From: Bacteroidia bacterium
Lineage (GTDB): Bacteria > Bacteroidota > Bacteroidia > AKYH767-A > OLB10
DNA length: 48,487 nt
Assembly (NCBI GenBank): GCA_013001815.1
Contig: JABDLV010000227.1
Location: 1 to 48,487 of the forward strand
Reading direction: 5' to 3'
The stretch's first letter is position 1; every line of letters starts with the position of its first letter. The translations under genes and the position numbers were made by a program. This document shows positions 9,706-19,210 of the stretch, piece by piece. Below the pieces are notes generated by a model, which did no database searches, was not told the origin of the DNA, and saw only the letters and a program-made list of their open reading frames with translations.

Positions 9706-10332
9706 ATGAAATCTACACAAAAAATTTTAGCAAGTTTATTCTTTGGGGTAATTTTAATATTTGCTTCAAGCCAATCTTCGGCTCAGATAAATGCCGGATT
9801 AATAGGTAGCGTTGGTGCTGCAACAATCAGCAATCATGATGGAAATGCACTTCGATTTGGTGCATTCAACATTGGAGCATTTGCAACCGGACAAGTTGCA
9901 GACCAGGTTGCTGTTGAGGGTCAATTAGTTTTTGCAAATAGAGGAGATAAATATGATTTATCAATGCCTGGAATAGAATATGATGGTAAACTATTAATGA
10001 ATTATGTTACACTAGTTGTGTTGATGCATTATATGGCTACAGAAAATTTTTCATTCGGAGTTGGTCCTTCAGTAGGTGTATTAATGTCAGCTAAAGATAA
10101 AGGGGATGCCACTGTATTTGGTCAAACTGAGGAGTATGATGAAGACTTTAAGGATGATGCTGAATCAACACAAGTTGGGGTTAACGCAGAATTAATGTAT
10201 AAAGTTAATGAGGATGCAAGTGTTGGTGTGACAGTAGAAAAAGGCCTTACAAAAGTTTGGGATACACCAGGCGATACACCAACTAGTACTTTTTTTGGAC
10301 TAGTATTTAAATATGCATTAGTGAAACAATAG
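9706..10332 (+). CDS. Outer-membrane beta-barrel protein (porin-family-like, unknown function)
   Basis: Signal peptide ending SAQ; Gly/Ala-rich alternating strands; C-terminal FFGLVFKYALV. Confidence 0.6.
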   Translation: MKSTQKILASLFFGVILIFASSQSSAQINAGLIGSVGAATISNHDGNALRFGAFNIGAFATGQVADQVAVEGQLVFANRGDKYDLSMPGIEYDGKLLMNYVTLVVLMHYMATENFSFGVGPSVGVLMSAKDKGDATVFGQTEEYDEDFKDDAESTQVGVNAELMYKVNEDASVGVTVEKGLTKVWDTPGDTPTSTFFGLVFKYALVKQ

Positions 10333-10353
10333 CAAGAAATTATTATTTTAATT

Positions 10354-10385
10354 AAAAAGGGTAACAATTTTGTTACCCTTTTTTT
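10354..10385 (+). terminator. Rho-independent terminator (A-run/T-run flanked, potentially bidirectional)
   Basis: AAAAA-GGGTAACA-ATTT-TGTTACCC-TTTTTTT. Confidence 0.8.
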
Positions 10386-10428
10386 ATGCCCTTTGATTTT
10401 AATATCTTTATATAGGAATTATTATTAA

Positions 10429-10860
10429 TTGGTAATGGCGAAAAAAAAGGTAGTAAAACTACAATTAGACAATGATTACGATTTTGTATTGTTGGGCTTG
10501 GTATCAACCGCCAAAGATTACAGGGTGTGCCATTTGCTAAATAAAATGTTTGAACTTGATTTGTGCAAGGGTGATGATATATCAATTACCATTAACAAAA
10601 AAGGGAATAGCAATCAATTTTCATACTATGATTTTGTTAATGAAGATCATGAGGAATTCTATTTTATTTCGAACAAAGGAAAAACCACTAGTTTTATTCC
10701 GGAATATAAATTGCTCGACTATTTTTTATTGGTGAAAAATCAGGTATCTCCTAATTGCGAGAATGAAATTTTGGAAAAACTCAAAGGAAATTCACTCATT
10801 CTGGGAGTATATCCTATTAACGTTTTTGAGCTTAAATCACGTGATAATTTAATGTTTTAG
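10429..10860 (+). CDS. IPExxxVDY family protein (conserved Bacteroidota protein of unknown function)
   Basis: Contains IPEYKLLDY. Size is about 140 aa and it sits directly upstream of pyk. TTG at 10429, ATG at 10435. Confidence 0.65.
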   Translation: MVMAKKKVVKLQLDNDYDFVLLGLVSTAKDYRVCHLLNKMFELDLCKGDDISITINKKGNSNQFSYYDFVNEDHEEFYFISNKGKTTSFIPEYKLLDYFLLVKNQVSPNCENEILEKLKGNSLILGVYPINVFELKSRDNLMF

Positions 10861-10891
10861 GTCAAGATTTATTGGTTAAGTTTGAACCTCT

Positions 10892-12319
10892 ATGGGTAGA
10901 AGAATAAATAATAAGACCAAAATTATAGCCACAATTGGACCTGCAAGCGACAGCAAAGAAGTATTGCTTAAAATGTTCAAGGCAGGAGTTAATGTTTGCA
11001 GAATTAATGCATCACATGGCGACCACCCGACCCACCAAAAAGCAATTGATAGAATTAGGGAAATTAATGATGAGCATGACTATGCCGTACCTATTCTTTT
11101 CGATTTGCAAGGACCTAAACTCAGAATAGGTGAAGTTAAAGAAGGTGTAAGTATTGAAGAAGGAAGTGAGCTGGTTTTAACTACTCAAGATTGCGAAAGT
11201 GATGAGTCTTGCATTAATTTAAAATACCCTTCATTTTATTCTGATGTAGAAGAAGGAGATACTGTTCTTATTGATGACGGTAGGATAAAACTGAAAATAA
11301 ATAATAAGGCAGACGATAAAGTTTTTGCAAAAGTTATACATGGAGGAGCATTATCATCAAGAAAAGGTGTAAACCTTCCTTTTACAAATATTTCATTACC
11401 CTCGCTCACTGACAAGGATATGAAAGACCTGGATTTTGCACTTAAAAACGAAGTTGAGTGGATAGCGCTATCCTTTGTTAGAAGAGCATCTGACGTGAAT
11501 GACTTAAAAGAAATAATAAAGAGCCAAGGAAAAAAGACAAAGGTTATTGCTAAAATTGAGAAGCCTGAAGCCGTGCAGAATATGAATGAGATTATTGAAG
11601 TGGCAGATGCGATTATGGTAGCGCGTGGTGATTTAGGTGTAGAAATGTTGATGGAAGAAATTCCAATCATTCAAAAAATATTGGTTAAAAAAGCAATTGC
11701 TGCTGCAAAGCCTGTAATTATTGCAACCCAAATGATGGAAAGCATGATTGACAATTACAGGCCTACGCGTGCAGAAGCAAATGATGTAGGTAACGCTGTA
11801 ATTGATGGTGCGGATGCCGTTATGTTAAGTGCAGAAACTTCAGTGGGTAAATATCCAGTGGAGGTAGTTGAATCTATGTACAAGATTATTCTTCTTGCAC
11901 AAAATGATGAGAATATTTATAATCGCGGAAATCCACCAGATAAAAATTCACCACTATTTATATCTGATTCAGTTTGTTACAATAGTACCATTATGGCCGA
12001 TCAGTCAGGTGCTAGAGCCATTGTAGCAATGACTCATTCAGGGTTTACCGCATTCAAAATTGCTAGCCAAAGACCCCATTCAGATATTTTAATATTTACC
12101 GATAATAAACCAATTGTAAAAATGCTAACCCTTATTTGGGGAGTGCAAGGGTTCTTTTACGATAAATATACCACCAGTGATGAAACGATAAGTGATGTGA
12201 AGGAGATTTTGAAAAAACATGGATTTGTAGAACCCGGAGATATATTGGTTCATATTGCCAGCATGCCTATACACGAGAGAGCAACTGCTAATACCATTAA
12301 ATTAAATTTTGTCGAATAA
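10892..12319 (+). CDS. pyk: Pyruvate kinase
   Basis: KIIATIGPAS, MVARGDLGVE, ATQMMESM and ADAVMLSAETS blocks. Confidence 0.95.
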   Translation: MGRRINNKTKIIATIGPASDSKEVLLKMFKAGVNVCRINASHGDHPTHQKAIDRIREINDEHDYAVPILFDLQGPKLRIGEVKEGVSIEEGSELVLTTQDCESDESCINLKYPSFYSDVEEGDTVLIDDGRIKLKINNKADDKVFAKVIHGGALSSRKGVNLPFTNISLPSLTDKDMKDLDFALKNEVEWIALSFVRRASDVNDLKEIIKSQGKKTKVIAKIEKPEAVQNMNEIIEVADAIMVARGDLGVEMLMEEIPIIQKILVKKAIAAAKPVIIATQMMESMIDNYRPTRAEANDVGNAVIDGADAVMLSAETSVGKYPVEVVESMYKIILLAQNDENIYNRGNPPDKNSPLFISDSVCYNSTIMADQSGARAIVAMTHSGFTAFKIASQRPHSDILIFTDNKPIVKMLTLIWGVQGFFYDKYTTSDETISDVKEILKKHGFVEPGDILVHIASMPIHERATANTIKLNFVE

Positions 12320-12335
12320 TATTATAGATTATTAA

Positions 12336-13382
12336 ATGAGCATTAACGTAAAACTATTAAGTGAAATTTGTGAAGCACCGGGTGCACCAGGTTTTGAAGA
12401 TAAGATTAGAAAGATTGTTTTAAGAGAATTAAAACCATTGGCCGATAGTGTAGAAATAGATAATATGGGAAATGTGTTGGCACTCAAAAAAGGCAAGGGA
12501 AGAAAAAAAGTTATGGTTGCAGCTCATATGGATGAGATTGGATTTATAGTTACCCATATAGACAACAATGGGTTCTTGCGTTTTCATACTCTGGGTGGGT
12601 TTGACCCTAAGACGCTTACTGCCCAAAGGGTTATAGTACATGGTAAAAAAGATTTAATTGGTGTAATGGGCTCAAAACCCATACATGTAATGACGGCCGA
12701 TGAAAGAGGAAAAACAGTAAAAACTACCGACTACTTTATTGATTTGGGAATGCCTAAAAAGGAAGTAGAAAAATACATAGCCAAAGGTGACCCCGTAACC
12801 AGAGAACGTAAGTTAATAGAAATGGGAAATTGTGTTAACTGTAAATCTATTGATAACAGGGTTTCTGTTTTTATTTTGATTGAAACATTAAAGAAATTAA
12901 AAACCATACCTTATGATTTGCATGCTGTGTTTACAGTGCAAGAGGAGGTTGGGTTAAGAGGTGCATATGTTGCGGCACACACCATCAATCCTGATTTTGG
13001 TTTTGGACTGGATACAACTATAGCATATGATGTACCGGGTGCTTCCGATCATGAGAACATAACAAAGCTAGGGGATGGCACTGCAATTAAAATAATGGAT
13101 TCATCAACCATTTGTGATAGAAGAATGGTTGAGTACATGAAGAAAACAGCAAAAAAGCACAAAATAAAATGGCAATCTGAGGTGCTTCCTGCCGGTGGAA
13201 CCGACACTGCCGGAGTACAGCGTATGGGAAAAACAGGTTCAATAGCAGGTGCAGTTTCCATTCCAACACGTCATATTCATCAGGCAATTGAAATGGCCAA
13301 TAAAGATGATATTCAAGGCAGTATTGATCTTTTGCAGAAATGCATTGAGGAGCTAGATAAACATAAATGGGCAATTACCTGA
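12336..13382 (+). CDS. M42 family metallo-aminopeptidase (FrvX/YsdC-like)
   Basis: VMVAAHMDEIGF, DNRVSV, QEEVGLRGA and GGTDTAG blocks typical of M42. Confidence 0.85.
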   Translation: MSINVKLLSEICEAPGAPGFEDKIRKIVLRELKPLADSVEIDNMGNVLALKKGKGRKKVMVAAHMDEIGFIVTHIDNNGFLRFHTLGGFDPKTLTAQRVIVHGKKDLIGVMGSKPIHVMTADERGKTVKTTDYFIDLGMPKKEVEKYIAKGDPVTRERKLIEMGNCVNCKSIDNRVSVFILIETLKKLKTIPYDLHAVFTVQEEVGLRGAYVAAHTINPDFGFGLDTTIAYDVPGASDHENITKLGDGTAIKIMDSSTICDRRMVEYMKKTAKKHKIKWQSEVLPAGGTDTAGVQRMGKTGSIAGAVSIPTRHIHQAIEMANKDDIQGSIDLLQKCIEELDKHKWAIT

Positions 13383-13470
13383 TAATCAAAAAGATATACC
13401 GGTATAAATTAATTGAAAAACTTATTAATTAGGATTAAATTTAATCCTCTCAAAAAAAATCAAAAATTCT

Positions 13471-15525
13471 ATGAAACGATATTTATTGTCACTTGCTGTT
13501 TCTCTCTTTTTAATTCCAGGTTTATCGTATTCACAATGTAATACCACCGATGCAACGGGTTGTTCTTGCAAGGCTGTGGGTTCTACAGATTGCGATTTAT
13601 TACCGGATATGAAAGCAGCCGAGGCCCCTTTATTGGTAACAGGAAATAATGGAGTAATAGAGTTTTCTCAAACGGGAAATGGAGCAGATGATGGTAGATT
13701 AAGAATTTCAGTAAGTACACCAAACATTGGCCATGGTCCTTTAGAAATTAGATCCACTACAACTTATGTTTGTGGAACTGATACCTTTATTGGAACTGCT
13801 CCGACAATTTGTGCCAACGGTTCTGCTCCAAAAATATTAATCAACCAAAGAATATACCATAAGAATGGAAATGCAATGTCATTTTATGATCACCCTGCAG
13901 GTACAATGACTTATCACCCATCGCATGGTCATATGCATATAGATGATTGGGCACTATTTACATTGAGAAAAGAAGATACAACGCAAGCAGATCCTTTATT
14001 ATGGCCTGTCGTTGGAGACGGTTCAAAACTGGCATTTTGCTTAATGGATTATGGTACCTGTACCTATTATAGCGGACATTGTAGAGATGATAATAATAAC
14101 AATTTACTTAATGGAGATTTTCCAAATTGGGGATTAGGCGGAGGAAATTACAATTGCTCACCGGTAGTTCAGGGAATATCTTCGGGTTATACAGATATAT
14201 ATTATCAGTATTTGGATGGAATGTGGATTGATATTCCACCCGGAACTTGCAATGGAGATTATCATATTGTTGCGCAGATAGACCCAAACAATAATTTCTT
14301 AGAGGAGAATGACAATAATAATATCATTGTGGTTCCATTTACTTTAACACAACAATCAAGTGCTGCAAGTGCAAGTATTTCTTATACAGGTTCAACTGTC
14401 GTTTGCAATAATTCGCCAATTACTTTAACCGCCAATGTTGGTAATACCTACAGTTGGTCTAATGGAGCAACTACTCAAAGTATTACTGTAACAAATGCGG
14501 GAACCTATGACGTAACAGTTGATTCTGACTGTGGTATTGGAACATCTCAACCATTAACTATCACATCACTAAATGCAACAGCTCCAACCGCTAATGGTGC
14601 AACAATTTTATACCCGGGTACGGCTAATGTTACTGCTACGGGTAGTTCAACAGGTGATATAAAATGGTATGATGCAGTTACAGGCGGTAATTTATTAGGT
14701 AGCGGAGCTTCTTGGACAACACCAATGGTTTCTAATACAACTACATTTTATGCAGAAGATGTTGAAAGCATAACAGGTGCAACTTCATATTCGCCACCGC
14801 ACGACAACGCTTTTGGGAATGGAGCAAACCATACTAGTACACAAAGATATTTGACTTTTGATGTTTCGTCACCGATGATTTTAGAGTCAGTAAAAGTTTA
14901 TTCTGGTGCAGCTACTTCTAGGACTATAGAATTAAGAGATGCGCAAGACAATGTGTTGCAATCAAAGACGGTAACAGTGCCAATGGGAGAACATAGAGTT
15001 TCATTAAACTTTAATATTAATGCCGGTACAGATTACAGATTGGGTACCTCTGCTGCTACGCCTCCAGATTTTTTTAGAAATGATAATGGAGTGAATTATC
15101 CTTACTCTGTTAGTGGATTGGTAGACATAACAGGTTCTTCTGCCGGTGGAGCATACTATTACTTTTATTATGACTGGGAAGTAAAAGAGCAAGATATTGA
15201 ATGTGCTAGTACAAGAGTTCCTGCAACCGTAGTTGTTCAAAACCCTACCAGCATAAATACAATTGATTACAATAGCTTGGTAAGTATATTTCCAAACCCT
15301 TCTACCGGTTTAGTAAATGTTTCAATTGAATCTAATAATATTGAAACGTTAATGATTAACGTTTATGATGTTACCGGAAGAGAAGTATTGGATTTAGAAA
15401 ACTCACAAAACTTAAACACTAATTACAGCAAGACTTTCAACCTAAATAATCTTGAAAGTGGTTTTTATGCAATGAGGTTAACTATAAATGGTAAATCTGT
15501 TACTAGAAACATTAGCATTCAGTAA
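13471..15525 (+). CDS. T9SS-sorted secreted protein with an N-terminal lysyl-oxidase-like copper amine oxidase domain, Ig-like middle domains and a type-A C-terminal sorting domain
   Basis: Signal peptide. YHPSHGHMHIDDW matches WHSCHQHYH, GSKLAFCLMDYGTC matches GHKASFCLEDTSC, and QGISSGYTDIYYQYLDGMWIDIPPG..GDYHIV..DPNN..EENDNNN matches [45 protein letters not shown] of animal LOX. WYDAVTGGNLLG is an Ig-like repeat. The C-terminus IFPNPSTGLVNV...GFYAMRLTINGKSVTRNISIQ is a T9SS CTD. Confidence 0.75.
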   Translation: MKRYLLSLAVSLFLIPGLSYSQCNTTDATGCSCKAVGSTDCDLLPDMKAAEAPLLVTGNNGVIEFSQTGNGADDGRLRISVSTPNIGHGPLEIRSTTTYVCGTDTFIGTAPTICANGSAPKILINQRIYHKNGNAMSFYDHPAGTMTYHPSHGHMHIDDWALFTLRKEDTTQADPLLWPVVGDGSKLAFCLMDYGTCTYYSGHCRDDNNNNLLNGDFPNWGLGGGNYNCSPVVQGISSGYTDIYYQYLDGMWIDIPPGTCNGDYHIVAQIDPNNNFLEENDNNNIIVVPFTLTQQSSAASASISYTGSTVVCNNSPITLTANVGNTYSWSNGATTQSITVTNAGTYDVTVDSDCGIGTSQPLTITSLNATAPTANGATILYPGTANVTATGSSTGDIKWYDAVTGGNLLGSGASWTTPMVSNTTTFYAEDVESITGATSYSPPHDNAFGNGANHTSTQRYLTFDVSSPMILESVKVYSGAATSRTIELRDAQDNVLQSKTVTVPMGEHRVSLNFNINAGTDYRLGTSAATPPDFFRNDNGVNYPYSVSGLVDITGSSAGGAYYYFYYDWEVKEQDIECASTRVPATVVVQNPTSINTIDYNSLVSIFPNPSTGLVNVSIESNNIETLMINVYDVTGREVLDLENSQNLNTNYSKTFNLNNLESGFYAMRLTINGKSVTRNISIQ

Positions 15526-15543
15526 ATAGAATATATACTAAAC

Positions 15544-15572
15544 AAAAAATCCCGCTGTTGGCGGGATTTTTT
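15544..15572. terminator. Bidirectional rho-independent terminator between convergent genes
   Basis: AAAAAATCCCGC-TGTTG-GCGGGATTTTTT, a 12-bp stem including the A/T runs. Confidence 0.85.
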
Positions 15573-15588
15573 ATGAGTTCTTGTACAA

Positions 15589-16170
15589 CTACAATTTTTT
15601 TAATTGAATATTACAATTGATACTTACTTCTTCTCCAACCACAGCACCACCGGATTCCAGTAATGTATTCCATTTAAGACCGTAATCAAAACGATTAACT
15701 TTACCCTCTAACTTAAACCCGGCCTTTACAACGCCATAGGGGTCTGTTACGGTTCCGCCATGAGTAACATCAAACTCTACTTCTTTTGTTACATCTTTAA
15801 TGGTAAGATTACCAATTAATTTATAATTGTTATCCTTTATTTTTTTAAAAGAAGTACTTTCAAAATTGATTGCCGGAAATGATTTTACGTCAAAAAAGTC
15901 TTCTGATAACAAGTGCTGATCTCTGGTTTTATCATCAGTATCAAGTGACTCAACCATTACTGAAATTTGAATTTTGGCATCGTTGAATTCTTCATTATTT
16001 GTAGCAACAACAGCTTCAAAATTTTTAAAATTACCCGTTGCTTCTGAGATAACTAAATGTGATACGCTGAATTGTAAGGTAGTATGTGCGGCATCTGTTA
16101 CCCATTCAGATTGAGCAACAACAGATCCTGATAAAATAAATGCAACTGCAATAAAAAATATCTTTTTCAT
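15589..16170 (-). CDS. YceI family (polyisoprenoid-binding) periplasmic protein
   Basis: Signal peptide; W.TDAAHTTLQFSVSHLVISEATGNFKNFEA is the typical YceI N-terminal block. Confidence 0.8.
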   Translation of the reverse strand: MKKIFFIAVAFILSGSVVAQSEWVTDAAHTTLQFSVSHLVISEATGNFKNFEAVVATNNEEFNDAKIQISVMVESLDTDDKTRDQHLLSEDFFDVKSFPAINFESTSFKKIKDNNYKLIGNLTIKDVTKEVEFDVTHGGTVTDPYGVVKAGFKLEGKVNRFDYGLKWNTLLESGGAVVGEEVSINCNIQLKKL

Positions 16171-16187
16171 AATTAAATTATTTAATG

Positions 16188-16424
16188 TTATAAATTTTTA
16201 TGTGATCCATCGCAAAATGGTTTTTTAGATGAGTGCTTACAGCCACACCAGGCTAGTTTTTTCTTTTCTTGAATTTTTTCAATTATGGGGTTAAATTCTG
16301 TCCCTTTATGTGAACCATCGCAAAAAGGTTGTTTACTGCTTTTTCCACATGCACACCAAGCGTAGGTGCCGGGTTCATATTCATCAACTATAGGTTGTTT
16401 TAGTGGTATTTCTGGTTTGCTCAT
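16188..16424 (-). CDS. CDGSH iron-sulfur domain protein (two CDGSH motifs)
   Basis: Two copies of C.CG.S...PFCDGSHK in 78 aa. Confidence 0.85.
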   Translation of the reverse strand: MSKPEIPLKQPIVDEYEPGTYAWCACGKSSKQPFCDGSHKGTEFNPIIEKIQEKKKLAWCGCKHSSKKPFCDGSHKNL

Positions 16425-16476
16425 GTTTAAATTTTTGATGTACTTCTATAAAGCTATAAAAAAAAATGAACAATTG

Positions 16477-16506
16477 TTTGATGTAAAAGGATATAGTCTA
16501 ATTTTG
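16477..16506 (+). promoter_or_regulatory. Candidate Bacteroidota sigma-A promoter for recJ (-33 TTTG / -7 TAATTTTG)
   Basis: TTTG at 16477-16480, an 18-nt spacer, then TAATTTTG at 16499-16506. Its position argues that the recJ start is ATG 16538 rather than TTG 16517. Confidence 0.45.
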
Positions 16507-16537
16507 ATTTTGGCTATTGATAAATAAAAAAGAAAGA

Positions 16538-18247
16538 ATGAAGATTAATTGGGTGCTAAAAGAGAAAGGTGACAAGAAGTTAATACAAGAGCTGGCAACT
16601 GCATTAAATGTAAATGAGCGCATTGCAGGGCTTTTAGTTGATAGAGGTATTACAAATTTTGAAAAGGCAAAAGAATTTTTTAGACCTGAATTGAACATGT
16701 TACATGATTCTTTTTTAATGAAGGGAATGGAAAAAGCCATTGTTAGAATTGAAGAGGCAATTGAAAAGAAAGAATCAGTATTAATATATGGTGATTATGA
16801 TGTAGATGGCACTACATCAGTTGCGTTGGTTTACTCATTCTTTAAAAATGTTTTTAGCAGAATAGATTATTATATTCCCGATAGGTATAAAGAGGGATAT
16901 GGCATTTCTACCGCTGGAATTGATTGGGCAGCTGACAATAACTACTCTTTAGTTATTGCTTTAGATTGTGGCATCAAATCCGTTGACAAAATCAACTATG
17001 CAAAAAATAAAAATGTAGATTTTATTATCTGCGATCATCATTTACCCGGTGATGTAATTCCAAATGCAGTTGCTGTATTAGACCCGAAACAAAACAATTG
17101 TAATTACCCTTTTAAAGAATTAAGCGGTTGTGGAATAGGATTTAAGCTAGTGCAAGCTTTTGCAGCTAAGAATGCAATTGACTTTAACGAGTTAAAACCA
17201 TTATTAGATTTTGTGGTTATCAGCATTGCTGCAGATATTGTTCCTATAGTTGGTGAGAATAGAGTGCTAGCATATTATGGGCTGGAGCAAATAAACAATG
17301 AAGAATTAAGGCCTGGAATTAAATCACTAGTTGAAGTAAGCGGAAAAAAATTACCCTTAACTATCAGTGATGTTGTTTTTGGTTTGGCACCAAGAATAAA
17401 TGCAGCAGGAAGAATAGAAAGTGGCAAGCAAGCAGTAGCGCTATTAATATCGGATTCTGTTCAAGAGGCTAGCGCACATGGTTCTGGAGTGAATATAAAT
17501 AATACTACGAGAAGAGAATTAGATCAAAATATAACTGAGCATGCAATTAGCATGATTGAGAATGACGAGGTTCTGCAAAAAAGAAAGAGCACAGTGGTTT
17601 TTGACAAAGATTGGCATAAGGGTGTAGTGGGAATTGTAGCAAGCAGATTAATTGAAAAATTCTATAAACCTACTATTGTATTAACCGAAGCAGGAGGCAA
17701 AATTGTTGGTTCAGCCAGATCTGTTAAAGGCTTTAGTGTGTATAATGCAATTGAAAAGTGTTCAACCTATTTAGATCAGTTTGGCGGTCATAAGTATGCT
17801 GCTGGTTTAACTATAAAAGAGGGAAAGCTAGATGAATTCATTGAAGCGTTTGAAAAAGAAGTGGCTTCAACTATATTGCCGGAACAGACTATTCCTTGCA
17901 TTGAGATTGATTCGGAAATTGACCTAGAAGAAATTGATTCAAAATTTAGAAGAATAATTCAACAGTTTGAACCATTTGGTCCGGGAAATTTGTCACCAGT
18001 ATTTAAAACAAGTTCAGTTAAGGATTCAGGAAGAAGTAGAGTAGTTGGCAAGGATCATTTGAAACTGAGCTTAACGCATCGCGGTAATAGTATGGCAATA
18101 TATGATGGTATTGCTTTTCAAATGGGCAAAGTTTTTGAAAACATCAGCAGTAAACCAGAATTTGACATTGCCTATAGCATAGAAGAAAACCATTTCAACG
18201 GTAGAACTTCGTTACAACTAAAAATTAAGGATATTAAGTTTGATTAG
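16538..18247 (+). CDS. recJ: Single-stranded-DNA-specific exonuclease RecJ
   Basis: DHH motifs GDYDVDGTTS, DCG and ICDHH; DHHA1 motif GGHKYAAG. The ORF opens at TTG 16517, but ATG 16538 is preferred. Confidence 0.9.
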   Translation: MKINWVLKEKGDKKLIQELATALNVNERIAGLLVDRGITNFEKAKEFFRPELNMLHDSFLMKGMEKAIVRIEEAIEKKESVLIYGDYDVDGTTSVALVYSFFKNVFSRIDYYIPDRYKEGYGISTAGIDWAADNNYSLVIALDCGIKSVDKINYAKNKNVDFIICDHHLPGDVIPNAVAVLDPKQNNCNYPFKELSGCGIGFKLVQAFAAKNAIDFNELKPLLDFVVISIAADIVPIVGENRVLAYYGLEQINNEELRPGIKSLVEVSGKKLPLTISDVVFGLAPRINAAGRIESGKQAVALLISDSVQEASAHGSGVNINNTTRRELDQNITEHAISMIENDEVLQKRKSTVVFDKDWHKGVVGIVASRLIEKFYKPTIVLTEAGGKIVGSARSVKGFSVYNAIEKCSTYLDQFGGHKYAAGLTIKEGKLDEFIEAFEKEVASTILPEQTIPCIEIDSEIDLEEIDSKFRRIIQQFEPFGPGNLSPVFKTSSVKDSGRSRVVGKDHLKLSLTHRGNSMAIYDGIAFQMGKVFENISSKPEFDIAYSIEENHFNGRTSLQLKIKDIKFD

Positions 18248-19075
18248 TTACTCACAAGAATAACTAAAATGCTTGATTGATGGTGAAGTTGAAAAGATTC
18301 CTAGTTCTGATTTACTCTCAATGGATGTAAGCAGAGCACCCTCGTCATTAAATATTAATTCTTGATTAAATAATATTGAATTTGCAGGAAACGGAACTCC
18401 ATTGTATACAAAGCTTTGTGTATTTGTAATTTGAGTGATATTGTTTAATGAGTTTCTAAAGAGTATTGCATTAGGATATGGCAAAAGAAACTTTTTAATA
18501 TTAGTGAAATTGTCTGTGCTAAAATGCAAATCAATTAAGTCATTAGAATTAGCCAGTTGAATAGTTCCACTCACAACGTTTGCTTCATTATAAATGATAT
18601 TATTTATTTTAAAATTTGGATGTACTAAGTCTCCGATTTTCTCAATGCTTTCTAGTTTACCACGATTGTATATGTAGTTGTAGGTGATTACATAAGGAAA
18701 GTTGTTTATAAATCCCGTTTCAAATATTTGTTCAATCTTATCATCATTGTAATTATGGCTAAACGTGGTTTTGGGTAATGCTCTATTGCTTTTTTCTTGA
18801 TATTCTATTCTTCCAATTAAACCGCTAGGTAAATAATAAACGGTGTCAATTGCCAAATAATCATTGGTGCTAATATCTTGGTACAGCTTATAAATCAAAT
18901 TCCCATTGAGGTCATATTGGTACATGATTTTGGTAGTAGCATGTGCATCAGTGTTATTGATGCTATTTACAATACACCTATTGTAAAAAGGTTCAGCAAT
19001 GTAATTAACATCTGTTTTTTGGCAACTAAAAAGCAAACAAATGAGTATGACTAAATAATATGATTGAAAGCGCAT
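18248..19075 (-). CDS. Lipoprotein of unknown function with YD-repeat-like segments
   Basis: Lipobox LLFSC. Segments YQYDLNGNLIYKL and YNYIYNRGKLESIEK are YD-like. No other recognisable motif. Confidence 0.5.
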   Translation of the reverse strand: MRFQSYYLVILICLLFSCQKTDVNYIAEPFYNRCIVNSINNTDAHATTKIMYQYDLNGNLIYKLYQDISTNDYLAIDTVYYLPSGLIGRIEYQEKSNRALPKTTFSHNYNDDKIEQIFETGFINNFPYVITYNYIYNRGKLESIEKIGDLVHPNFKINNIIYNEANVVSGTIQLANSNDLIDLHFSTDNFTNIKKFLLPYPNAILFRNSLNNITQITNTQSFVYNGVPFPANSILFNQELIFNDEGALLTSIESKSELGIFSTSPSIKHFSYSCE

Positions 19076-19210
19076 TATGGGTATTTTACCTTTTGATTTA
19101 CGCTTTTGAATATGGCTGGTTGCAGTAATTCTATTGCATTCTCTTCAATCGGACAATTATTAACTAAGCAGAATCACAGAACAAATTTTAAAGATTAAAT
19201 TGTAAGAGAT

